The notes beneath the pieces were generated by a model, which was not told where the DNA came from, did not search any database, and was given only the letters and a program-made list of their open reading frames with translations. This document shows, piece by piece, positions 15,787 to 25,100 of a DNA stretch of 64,000 bases. Every line of letters starts with the position of its first letter. Position 1 is the stretch's first letter. Source of the DNA: a virus (taxonomy: Duplodnaviria > Caudoviricetes); the IMG/VR virus record IMGVR_UViG_3300026187_000011, positions 14,344-78,343 of that record; one strand, given 5' to 3'. A program made the translations under genes and the position numbers.

Positions 15787-18254
15787 TGCACGCATATGAC
15801 CTATGGGTCAACTCCAGCGGTACGCTAGGGGTTGATACCTCAGGGTGGCTAGGCGACAAGGTTGAGCTTGCTCTTGACCTAGTTCGCGGTAGCACACCGA
15901 TGGCACTCACTACGAGTGTTGATGACAGAGATAGATTGATACAGCTTGTTAATAACAATCGTGTATTGATTCAGCCGGAGGCACGCAGGGTAATTCTCAA
16001 GGCACTCAATGAGTCCAAGACTATTGCTCCACCCCTCATGCAGCCAACTGATTATGAGTTGATTGCATACATTGATGAAGTCAAAGAACTGACTGCTCGC
16101 AAGTCGGTCAATGGCCCTCACATGTTCATCACTGAAGGCAGGACATACGCGTTCAGCAGGTCTGCGCCAAAGTACAATGTACCGTTTCGTCGCAAGAAGA
16201 TGCACTTCAATGAGGAGACTCGGTCATCGTATGCCATGACTCATGAGATGATGCTTGTCGGCAAGGATGATGCGTTCCGCTTCACTGATGATGCAGGACG
16301 CATGATTATGTTTCGCGACCATGCGGTGGGCGACAGGCAAATCAAGGGCGAGCAAGTGTGGGAGTTCTTTGACAAGCCTGCCATTCCCAATGTTCGTACT
16401 AAGTATCGCGAGAAGTTTGATGACATTCGCTCTCGGCTTGAGATGCACGAGTTCGTTAATGACTTCAACTTCTATCCTGGGCAACTCGACTACATTTCCT
16501 CAGTTGGTTGCGTTGACTCTGCTCTTGTCTCTGCTGATACCGGGTGCGGTAAGACCCTCATCGCTATATCTTTGATTACCGCAAAGAATGCAGGCAAGAC
16601 ACTGGTTGTTGCCCCCAAGGGCACAGTCAAGGATGAGCATGGCGTTGAGACAAACCATGACCCTGCTCAGTGGATTAAGGAGTTCAAGACGTTTGCTCCC
16701 GAAATGCCTGTCCACAAGCTGTTCAGTAAGAGTGACTACTATGAAATACTTGAGGCAAATCATGGTGAGCTACCAAATGGCGTATATGTAACATACGACC
16801 ATGCCATGTTCCGCACAGGTGCTTTCGAGCAGATACCGGAAGCTTGGACTAATAATGATGAGAAGATTGAGAAGAAGTTCCGCAAGCGATTCTCTAAGGA
16901 GTTATCCGCTTCTGGATTTAATACAGACAGAAACTCATTCTCGCAATACCTCTCACAGGGTATTGGTTGTGTGAGTAATGGTATCAAGTGTGTCATGGAG
17001 CCATGCTTGTCTACCATTATCGGTGAGGTGTGGGATATGGTTATTCTTGATGAGGCACACCTTATCTGCAATCTCAACAGTCAAGTTACTAACAACTTGA
17101 TTCGACTACAGCCACGGTACAAGTTCGCTCTGTCTGCCACACCGATACCCAATATGGTATGGAATATCTTCTCACTCATGGGTTGGTTGTGTGTGCCTGA
17201 TTGGTATCAGGGCGAGCGCAGTAATCCTCGCTGGCCATTCACTCGCGAGGAGATTAGCAGATTCAAGCAGAGGTTTTCCTCTGTCGAGCGTGACCTTACA
17301 CAAGAGTTGCTTAATAGACAAGCGGGTCGCAACCCACCTGCCCCACGCAAGTCACCGCTCATATCTGAGCCTGCTGCTCTTCTCAAGTTACTGCGACCAA
17401 CCGTTGCCTACATTAGTAAAGAGCAATGCAACCCTGACCTGCAACCATGCGAGGTCATTGATGTTCGCGTCCCTATGGGCGCCGAGCAACGTGCACTCTA
17501 TTCATACTACCTTGATGTTGCTAAGATTCCATGTGCTGACCCACGATTCCGTTATGGTGTTCAGTTGTCTTACCTTCGTGGTATATGTGCTGACCCTGCG
17601 GGTGTTGAGTATGACGATGAGAATCGTCCAGTTGTGTCATCCAACTGCAATCCCAAGCTTATTACCATTATGGATACCATATTCAAGTGCGTGTCCAATG
17701 GTGAGCAGGTGGTTCATGTTTCTGCTCGCATCAATATGAGCAATGAGATTGCCACACGCTTGGAGTCCTGCGGTATCACATACAGTCGTATTGATGGTAC
17801 AGTCACCGACCATGCGGCAGAAGCTTCAGCATTCAAAGCAGGCAAGACTCAGGTGATGCTTATGGGCATCAAGTGTGCTCAGTCGTACAGCTTTCAGCAA
17901 TGCTCCAATCTTATCATTGGTAGCCTTGAGTGGTCGTACGGCACATTCTCGCAAGCGAAGGGTCGTGTATGGAGACTCAATAGTCCCAAGCCCGTTAAGA
18001 TATATGTCATACTCCACAATGATTCCATCGAGGAGCTTATGTTCGACAAGCTAGCCAACAAGGAAGATGCTGCTACCATCTGCCTACGAGGCGAGCGTGT
18101 TGATAATGATGTCATCTCCGTTGATACATCCGAAATTCTTGCCGAGCATATTGATGGATGGAAGGAGTATGACCGGGGTGAGCCTGCTGAGTTTGCCACA
18201 GAGGAGACTTGGCTAAAAATGAGAGAGGGATTGCTTGACCCTTTGGTTGCTTGA
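15786..18254 (+). CDS. SNF2/SWI2-family SF2 helicase
   Basis: Walker A ADTGCGKT, VILDEAH, LSATPIPN, SRIDG, motif VI QAKGRVWRLN. Confidence 0.92.
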   Translation: MHAYDLWVNSSGTLGVDTSGWLGDKVELALDLVRGSTPMALTTSVDDRDRLIQLVNNNRVLIQPEARRVILKALNESKTIAPPLMQPTDYELIAYIDEVKELTARKSVNGPHMFITEGRTYAFSRSAPKYNVPFRRKKMHFNEETRSSYAMTHEMMLVGKDDAFRFTDDAGRMIMFRDHAVGDRQIKGEQVWEFFDKPAIPNVRTKYREKFDDIRSRLEMHEFVNDFNFYPGQLDYISSVGCVDSALVSADTGCGKTLIAISLITAKNAGKTLVVAPKGTVKDEHGVETNHDPAQWIKEFKTFAPEMPVHKLFSKSDYYEILEANHGELPNGVYVTYDHAMFRTGAFEQIPEAWTNNDEKIEKKFRKRFSKELSASGFNTDRNSFSQYLSQGIGCVSNGIKCVMEPCLSTIIGEVWDMVILDEAHLICNLNSQVTNNLIRLQPRYKFALSATPIPNMVWNIFSLMGWLCVPDWYQGERSNPRWPFTREEISRFKQRFSSVERDLTQELLNRQAGRNPPAPRKSPLISEPAALLKLLRPTVAYISKEQCNPDLQPCEVIDVRVPMGAEQRALYSYYLDVAKIPCADPRFRYGVQLSYLRGICADPAGVEYDDENRPVVSSNCNPKLITIMDTIFKCVSNGEQVVHVSARINMSNEIATRLESCGITYSRIDGTVTDHAAEASAFKAGKTQVMLMGIKCAQSYSFQQCSNLIIGSLEWSYGTFSQAKGRVWRLNSPKPVKIYVILHNDSIEELMFDKLANKEDAATICLRGERVDNDVISVDTSEILAEHIDGWKEYDRGEPAEFATEETWLKMREGLLDPLVA

Positions 18255-18259
18255 TTTTA

Positions 18260-18283
18260 AGTAACTAATAACAATAAGTAACA
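18260..18283. promoter_or_regulatory. Degenerate palindromic site abutting the integrase ATG
   Basis: AGTAACTA ataacaat AAGTAACA directly before ATG 18284; preceded by ATTTTAAG. Confidence 0.45.
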
Positions 18284-19345
18284 ATGAGATACGAAAAGAA
18301 TAAGAAAACCGGCATTTATTCTGCCGTGATTAAGACAGCAAATGGTAAAATCATTAAGCGTTCACTTGGAACAAGGAACAAAGATGAAGCCAAGATGTTA
18401 GCTAAGGAGGCTAAGTTGGCAGAGATAGAAGCTGCTGCCAGGATAAAAGCACTTACCCGTGACACAATTACTGCCATTGTTGCAGGGAAGAATATAAAGA
18501 TTCAGGAGGTGGTTGGTGAATATGAGGAGTTTAGGAAGATGAAGTCCCACTCGAAGCATACAATCTATACTGAAGGGACTGTTATTAATTCATTCCTTAA
18601 ATTCTCAAAGCTACAAAATTCAAAGATATCCAGCATTACAACCAAGCATATCTATGAGTTTGTAAATGTAAGTGATAAGACTTCGTATAATCATAAGTGC
18701 AAAAAACTAACAGCAGTCAAAGGTTTACTGACCTATGCAATTGCCAATGCTTACATCCTCAAGGACCCTTCCTATGGGGTGTCTGTGGATAAATCATTGT
18801 TGTCCCACAAGCAGAAGGAGAAAAAGAAATCCATAGCTTTCACTAAGTCAGACTACGAAAGAATCCGTAAGCACTGCTCATACTTCTGGAGCATTGCCGC
18901 TGACTTTGCCTGGTGGACAGGGTTACGCATAGGTGATATCGCAAGCTTAGAATGGGATATGTTTAATGATAAGTATCTGACTGTGCATACACAGAAAACA
19001 GATGCTAGAGTATCACTTCCAATAGATGACGAGCTAATAGGCGGAGGGATTCTTCATGATACTATCGCTAGGATTGAGCCGGAGGATAAGAAGTATTGCT
19101 TTCCTATATGGAAAAAAATCTATGACAATGTATCCTCGCGAGCCACGCTTGCTGTATACTTCGGTAGAGAATTAGAACGAAAGCATCCGAAAGCATATGA
19201 AGAAGGTAAGCGCTTCCATTCTTTCAGGCGTTCATTTGTTACTAGATGCGCACGCGAAGGTAAGGAGCTTAGCGATATTGCAGTAATGGTGGGGCACGCC
19301 AATGAAAGCACCACACAACTATATGATACGGGCTCCAGGCTTTGA
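18284..19345 (+). CDS. int: Tyrosine recombinase/integrase
   Basis: TGLRIGD (Arg), KTD (Lys), FHSFRR (HxxR), VGH and TTQLY (Tyr) catalytic motifs; N-terminal SLGT arm. Confidence 0.95.
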   Translation: MRYEKNKKTGIYSAVIKTANGKIIKRSLGTRNKDEAKMLAKEAKLAEIEAAARIKALTRDTITAIVAGKNIKIQEVVGEYEEFRKMKSHSKHTIYTEGTVINSFLKFSKLQNSKISSITTKHIYEFVNVSDKTSYNHKCKKLTAVKGLLTYAIANAYILKDPSYGVSVDKSLLSHKQKEKKKSIAFTKSDYERIRKHCSYFWSIAADFAWWTGLRIGDIASLEWDMFNDKYLTVHTQKTDARVSLPIDDELIGGGILHDTIARIEPEDKKYCFPIWKKIYDNVSSRATLAVYFGRELERKHPKAYEEGKRFHSFRRSFVTRCAREGKELSDIAVMVGHANESTTQLYDTGSRL

Positions 19346-19519
19346 CTTCTTTCGGGGGTGTTGGTAGTTATAGGATGCAGGAGGAGATGGAACGCCACGT
19401 CGTTTCCAAAAATCATCATATCCTTCAGCCACCATTTTTTTTAGGGCTTTTTCTTCTTGGATGACCGAACGCTTAGTCCTCGTCTTCTTCATCCTCTTCC
19501 AAGGAAAAGTCTGCTTCAA
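19319..19519 (-). CDS. Small basic hypothetical protein
   Basis: Last ORF of the - strand block; start uncertain. Confidence 0.45.
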   Translation of the reverse strand: MKQTFPWKRMKKTRTKRSVIQEEKALKKMVAEGYDDFWKRRGVPSPPASYNYQHPRKKSKPGARII

Positions 19520-19673
19520 ACACTACTTGCTCTTTACAGAATGCTTCTAGCGCAGTTTTCCCAAACGCCCACATATCCTGCTCGTCAAGGTCTGACTCCT
19601 CCCACCACCTTAAGCAGACTGAAACAATCTCTTCGGCAAACTTTTCCCCGTCCCCTTTTTCTTCTTCTGTCAT
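19473..19673 (-). CDS. Small acidic hypothetical protein
   Basis: Coupled ORF with E/D-rich tail. Confidence 0.7.
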   Translation of the reverse strand: MTEEEKGDGEKFAEEIVSVCLRWWEESDLDEQDMWAFGKTALEAFCKEQVVFEADFSLEEDEEDED

Positions 19674-20233
19674 GTTGTGTAATACACGGTAAATGAATTT
19701 TCAGATACCCCTATCCATGTAAGCTTCCGCTTCTCTAGGGATATCCATTCCTCAAAATCTGTATAAAGGTCATCGGCATACTGCTTGCATAGACCAAGCA
19801 GAACACCAGCATATGCTTTCATTGGGCGGAATACTCCAAAGCAGATATGCTTCTTGTCATTTTTTTTAAATTGTGAATCTGTCTCGTAGCAATGGTAAGT
19901 GTGAATAGGCAATTTCTCCTCCGTGTATTTTTTGTAACTACGCTTATCGCCCTTGGACTCCATTGCTATCATGCCATGCGCATCTGCCTCCAAGTACAAC
20001 TTTCTCACACCTTTCATTCCGTCCACCCCAAGAAATACTCGGTCATAATTCTCATAATTTTTTAAATAAAATTTATGAACATCGGATGGGTACTTATCTT
20101 TAATATACCTACCGGCAAAAGCATCATCTGCATCATATGCAACTATCACGCGATTGTTGTTTAAGCCCTCAGGCGACACCTTAATGCTGAACTCCATTTG
20201 TGCCATTTGTGCCATGCCTAAGTTTATCAACAT
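19670..20233 (-). CDS. Hypothetical protein
   Basis: Clean ORF; true start probably one of the ATGs at 20197-20215. Confidence 0.65.
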   Translation of the reverse strand: MLINLGMAQMAQMEFSIKVSPEGLNNNRVIVAYDADDAFAGRYIKDKYPSDVHKFYLKNYENYDRVFLGVDGMKGVRKLYLEADAHGMIAMESKGDKRSYKKYTEEKLPIHTYHCYETDSQFKKNDKKHICFGVFRPMKAYAGVLLGLCKQYADDLYTDFEEWISLEKRKLTWIGVSENSFTVYYTT

Positions 20234-20510
20234 GCTCGTCTAGTTTATTAACCCGACTCTTAAGGTGCTCAATATTCATGTCTTGAGTCGCGTCTGCAGG
20301 CAATGCACCAATCTCGCCACGAGGCCATTTTATGCGAAATTCCGAATTGAGTTCTAGTTCATGGTACATCCTTATGATGTCGTTTTCTATTGTATTCAAC
20401 CGATTTACAATCGCACTATACCCCCATACCAAGGTACCAACTAAACCAATTACTTTCGCAGCGAAAGCGAGTTGGACTTTGGCCGTTGCATGCTCATTCA
20501 AGTCAGTCAT
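20181..20510 (-). CDS. Hypothetical membrane-anchored protein
   Basis: N-terminal hydrophobic helix, then coiled coil and NSEFRIKWPRGE motif. Confidence 0.75.
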   Translation of the reverse strand: MTDLNEHATAKVQLAFAAKVIGLVGTLVWGYSAIVNRLNTIENDIIRMYHELELNSEFRIKWPRGEIGALPADATQDMNIEHLKSRVNKLDEHVDKLRHGTNGTNGVQH

Positions 20511-20758
20511 CGCATGGACTTCTTACCACGACACTTCCACTTCTTGCGGGATAGAGCATTGGCGCAGGGTGGCTTCTTGCATTTTTTAATCCCCGCACTT
20601 CTTGCACAATACGCATCACCTTTCTTGGTGCCAGGACGAATCCTGTCCCCGCCACTTTTTGCCTTACCTTTCTGTCCAAAGCTTCGGCACTTGCCATTTA
20701 CTCGTTTAGCAAACCTTTTACCCTTCGTGGGCTTACACGCTTTCTTTCTAGCTGGCAT
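20507..20758 (-). CDS. Small Lys/Arg/Cys-rich protein
   Basis: RPGTKKGDAYCARS...SRKKWKC; coupled at both ends. Confidence 0.8.
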   Translation of the reverse strand: MPARKKACKPTKGKRFAKRVNGKCRSFGQKGKAKSGGDRIRPGTKKGDAYCARSAGIKKCKKPPCANALSRKKWKCRGKKSMR

Positions 20759-20871
20759 CAGTATTTCCTCTTTGTAGATTTTTTAACCGGTTTTCTCTTC
20801 ACCGCTCTTTTCTTGGTACTCTTTTTCTTTTTACCTGCACAATGCATACAGCATGCTCCTCCTTTCTTCAT
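20758..20871 (-). CDS. 37-aa Lys/Cys-rich protein (not in ORF track)
   Basis: MKKGGACCMHCAGKKKKSTKKRAVKRKPVKKSTKRKY; ATGA and TGATG overlaps at both ends. Confidence 0.65.
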   Translation of the reverse strand: MKKGGACCMHCAGKKKKSTKKRAVKRKPVKKSTKRKY

Positions 20872-20996
20872 TTCTTCTTCCCTTTACATTTCTTAGCTTT
20901 TTTACAAGCTGCGGGAGATGGACACCCCCTGCATGGTTTAAAAGGCTTTTTGCCCGCGTTACTACTCTTTGCTTTACTTTTTTTACCATATGCCAT
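20868..20996 (-). CDS. 42-aa Lys/Cys-rich protein
   Basis: MAYGKKS...KPCRGCPSPAACKKAKKCKGKKK; start reassigned to 20996. Confidence 0.7.
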   Translation of the reverse strand: MAYGKKSKAKSSNAGKKPFKPCRGCPSPAACKKAKKCKGKKK

Positions 20997-20998
20997 GA

Positions 20999-21337
20999 TT
21001 ATGCCTTTTTTGTCCTGCGCCCCATGCCTACTCGTTTTTTTTCTGCTACAAGGGAACGCTTTCGTTTGCCCACTTGTTTCCAAGTTTTAGGTGTTGATTT
21101 AGAAACTCTTTTCTTTGGTCGACACTTGACCGTACCTTTTGACTTTTTACTACCACATGCACGACCATGTTGGTCAGTCCACTTTTCTTTACCCCAGCGT
21201 TTGATTGCTGCGCCCTTGGCAGACTTCTTGACAGTGCCTTTTTTCTTCCTGCACTTTGCAATAGCCTGACTAGCACGAGCAGAAGGAAAAACCTTATACT
21301 GTGCTTTTACTTTTTTATAACAAGCGTCCTTAGGCAT
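20999..21337 (-). CDS. Lys/Arg/Cys-rich protein
   Basis: MPKDACYKKVKAQYKVFPSA..IAKCRK and RWGKEKWTD..GRACG..KCRPKKRVS motifs. Confidence 0.8.
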   Translation of the reverse strand: MPKDACYKKVKAQYKVFPSARASQAIAKCRKKKGTVKKSAKGAAIKRWGKEKWTDQHGRACGSKKSKGTVKCRPKKRVSKSTPKTWKQVGKRKRSLVAEKKRVGMGRRTKKA

Positions 21338-21396
21338 TTCTGTCAAAGTCCGGTATTATGTCGTATTCGAGGTTTCCGTCTACCTCTTCGCCTTCA

Positions 21397-21645
21397 TTAC
21401 TTTCGTCCATTTTTCTTATTCTTACTGCGGTTACTTTTTTTGCTTACGCATGATAAATTCTTGCGACTATTATTCATTGGGTTGCCATCCTTGTGGTGCA
21501 CATCTTTACCAGGACCACACTTGAGTTTTCTTCTAGCCTTATTCCTAGACGACCTGCGCTCGTTCTGCTCTGATGTAGAATTGTATTTGCGCTGATATTT
21601 ACTGCGAGGTTTTGCGCTTTTACTGTATACACCCTTCTTACCCAT
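21397..21645 (-). CDS. Small basic HNH-like protein
   Basis: GKDVHHKDGNPMNNSRKNL is an HNH-type DHxDGNxxNN..NL motif. Confidence 0.7.
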   Translation of the reverse strand: MGKKGVYSKSAKPRSKYQRKYNSTSEQNERRSSRNKARRKLKCGPGKDVHHKDGNPMNNSRKNLSCVSKKSNRSKNKKNGRK

Positions 21646-21757
21646 GGACTAATACTCCCTCTATGAAATTGTCTATAATTTCCTCCCAATCCACATACTC
21701 TGAAGTTGATATTACAGTGAAATTAAATTCTTCGGTTTTGAGTATGTGAATATGCAT
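21638..21757 (-). CDS. Possible 39-aa protein (not in ORF track)
   Basis: MHIHILKTEEFNFTVISTSEYVDWEEIIDNFIEGVLVHG fills the gap and overlaps the next start. Confidence 0.35.
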   Translation of the reverse strand: MHIHILKTEEFNFTVISTSEYVDWEEIIDNFIEGVLVHG

Positions 21758-21759
21758 AT

Positions 21760-21783
21760 AGTAATTTATTTTCTCTAGTAACA
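21760..21783. promoter_or_regulatory. Degenerate palindromic site
   Basis: One perfect TAGTAACA arm, weak second arm; lies in the gene junction. Confidence 0.35.
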
Positions 21784-21784
21784 A

Positions 21785-22198
21785 CTAGCAAATTAATAAA
21801 TCCCACCCGTGCCTATATTTCTCAAACTTGGCTTGACTACTAGGGTTTGGGAATAGTTTTATTGTAAGATTTCTTCCGATTGCCTGCTTCGGAATAATGT
21901 ACCAATACTTGTCCATGTCCCCAATTACTAGGGCAGCAAGTATATCATAGGCGTCTTCTTTGTAGTGATTCTTTCGAGATGTTTTTGCACCCATCGCTGT
22001 GGTGATATTGTATCCCTTTGGTGAGTTTTTGCGGGCAGTGCCTTTTACCTGGATTCTCCATAGTTTATTTCCGTTATCCACTATGCAGTCGTAAGGAAGG
22101 TAATCTCCTTCTGTTTGGCAGACATCCAGGCCTCTTGATAACGCCTCCTGCGTAAACATAACCTCGTAAAGTGTCCCTGCTCTTTTGTTGTGGCTCAT
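21785..22198 (-). CDS. PD-(D/E)XK endonuclease (group I intron-associated-like family)
   Basis: YE..F...GLDV...GDYLPYDCIVD...LWRIQVK. Confidence 0.8.
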   Translation of the reverse strand: MSHNKRAGTLYEVMFTQEALSRGLDVCQTEGDYLPYDCIVDNGNKLWRIQVKGTARKNSPKGYNITTAMGAKTSRKNHYKEDAYDILAALVIGDMDKYWYIIPKQAIGRNLTIKLFPNPSSQAKFEKYRHGWDLLIC

Positions 22199-25100
22199 TA
22201 GAAACCTAGCAAAGCCTTCCTTCTTAACTCATCCATACTGGTAGGACCTGCCTCAGGCTCCTTCAACCCCATCTCCTGTATGAAGTATTGATGATTTCCT
22301 TCATACCTTTTTACTTTTGCGCGCTGGTCTGAAGGCATTAATTCTAGCAAGGCCTCCCATTCGGCATCCGGGATTTTATGACGGGTTATACCTGAGCGTA
22401 GTCCTCTATCTTTAAATCTTTTTAAAACTATGTTTTCAGGAGTCCCTCGCATCTGCGGATTATCCTCAAGGTACTCACGGGCGGCTTCTAGTGCCTCCTC
22501 ATACTGCTTGTTAAAGTCTTCCTCATCTCCTGCATAAGCTGCCCTTTCCATTTGCTTCACATTTACTGACAACTTACTAGGTCTACCAAACCCTTGACTT
22601 GGTCCTCTAAGATTCATCCCCATCAGAAATGCAGTCTTCTTTACGCTCGCCCTAACTCCTATGTAATCAGCAACCCGTGACTCAAAGTTATCTAAATCAA
22701 ACAAGTTATTAGTTGCGTCAAATGCCTGCAGAGCAGAGTTACCGCCAAACGCATAAGTTAAAGGTCGCCCTACATTGCCCCAATCGAACTCTCCTTGGTG
22801 CATCCAGTTTCCCATAGAGTCGTATATGTTTTTTATAATAGAAAACGCGAAAATCCTACTGTCCAAACTAAACTCCTGCACGCCTCCATAAGTGTCACCC
22901 TTTGCCATCATGGAGTTCATTAAATCAAAACCCATGCCGTAAGGAGTGCCCGCTTTTGCCATGCGTGAGGTTAGTCCAAAGAATGATGACTGCTCATCTG
23001 ACATCGCAATTCCAGGACCAACAACAGGAAGCATAGCCCATGGTGTAAGTGGTGGTAAAGAGTTTGGCTTACCTAGCACCTCTTCGTCATACCAATCAAT
23101 CAAGAATGCGAAAGATAGTCCGACAGGTAAATAAATCGCTGACATTAATCCAAGGTACTTTAGGAAAGCTGCATAGCTATTTACTGAGTCAGTATCTCCA
23201 CGGAAGATAAACTTATTATCCCGTGCCATCTTACCAAGGGGCCACCCTAGGAAGAATGCAAAATACTTCATCATCGGATTAGTGTATAACCATGCCGGCT
23301 TAGAATTAAATCCTTCCCCTGACATATTATTCATAGCAACTTGATTGACCATGAGTATCTGCTCGTGAGACATCACAGGTGCATTAGGGTCGCTACGCAA
23401 TCTGTCTAGGTAATCAAATGCCATTCGGGATACTGTAGGTGCGCCTGCGTCAACTAACATGTTGTTAGCATTTACATACCCGTCTTTCTCCCCAACTATC
23501 CACTCAAAACTACTTTGCCCCATACCCAAGTCATCAGCACTAATTTCTTGAAAGTCACGCAGACCATTGTTCTTTATGTGCCTAGCTACTTTTAACACCA
23601 AATCCTGATATGCATATGCAGCACCCACGCCCACGGAGTGGTTGACCACATTATTTACATATGGGAAAATTCCAGTAACGGCAGTCATTAAGTCCACGGG
23701 AGCACGAGTACCACGCTTCTTGTGGTGAGTGGAGATACCTTTGATGATTCTTAGGTAACGCTTCATGTTTGATGGGTCCATCAAGTCGCCACCCCTGCCT
23801 ACCTGAGTAAGGTAATCTCTCAACGAAAGCTCCATCTCTTCCATCCTGAAGTGCGTGTTATTCAGGCTTGATGCATATCTGCCAACTCTATCCAACTGCA
23901 TACCTAATGCTTCCGCAACTCCGCCAAATGTTTGATTTGCAAAGTTTGCGAGTGCTTTTGCAGTTCCTTTGGCTGCCATCTTATTAGCACCCCTGAACGC
24001 TAAAGGAAACTCAAACAAGGACATGCCCTGCCAAAAGGATGACTTCGGGTTATTAAGTACAGTTAAGGATTGCGTCCCTAGCAATTCGAGCAGGAACCTG
24101 GCATCCTTAAATGGACCGGCATCATTATTTGCACCATAGTATGCTTTTAAATGCCTAAAGGTTGTGAGCATCTCTCCATAAGCAACAGAGTCATTGTAAA
24201 TCTTATCGAACTTTTCTCTTGGTTTATCATATCCCATATCCTTCAGGACTCGATGTGCTTCTTTTCTAACTGCTTTTGAGTAGCGAGCGTTTGGCTTATC
24301 GGGTGCTTCTCCGGTAGCTTCTGCGATTACAGTTCTAAATAAATCATATGACTTCTTGAGCTCTCCACGACCACCACTAAATGCTTCTGTAGCTTTACTG
24401 CCATCTCTCCCAAACACCGAGGCTGCCGAGAACATTGCCATACGGATTGGCGTGCTCACCTCATCATACATATCGTATAGAAAAAACTCCTTTGGTAGTC
24501 TGCTTTCTACCTGCCTTGCATCAAGTGAGCGTGGCACATGTTTGAGTGCTTCTGTCTCTCTCGTTTCTGTCTCTGCCCTACTTTTGATATCATTAGACAC
24601 ATTAGCAAGTTCTCGATATCTTTTATGCAGTTGCTTAAACATACTTAGATACCAATCAGCTCTTGCTTGTGGGTTATTTAAATCAGATGACATGGATGCA
24701 TAGTCGGCATAGATGGCATCCATAAACTTAATCACATTGCCGTCCGAACTTCTCCACTTCTCGCCCACATATGTATTCGATAGCTCTTGTCCCCATCCGT
24801 CTTTGTCTTGAGGACCGAAGAATAGACTCTTTCTATTCATTGAGTCCATGTGTGGATTGACAAAGCGTTGAACAACCTGTTCGTCAAAGTAGTCTTCTAT
24901 CTCTCCGACCATCTCATCAATCTCTCCGTTTCTGTGGAGCATGGTAATCATTTCAAACCCTGCCATGTTATTGATGTTTTCTGCCCAGCCTTTACCTTCC
25001 ATGTACTCAACCAAAGAGTTTACCTTGGAGTCATTGATTGCTCTAGGCAGGGTCGCATAACCCATGTCTAGTGGCATACGATAAAAGTCCACGCTTTTCT

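Noticed and set aside
17191-17739. 182-aa alternative-frame ORF
   Set aside because: Fully inside the SNF2 helicase gene; no motifs or ribosome-binding site.
18784-18792. DnaA box TGTGGATAA as a phage origin
   Set aside because: A single box inside the integrase coding sequence; about what chance predicts, with no cluster.
20842-21595. Phe/Leu-rich + strand ORFs (20853-21269, 21167-21595) as membrane proteins
   Set aside because: They are the reverse complement of Lys-rich (AAA/AAG) genes, which produces Phe/Leu runs.
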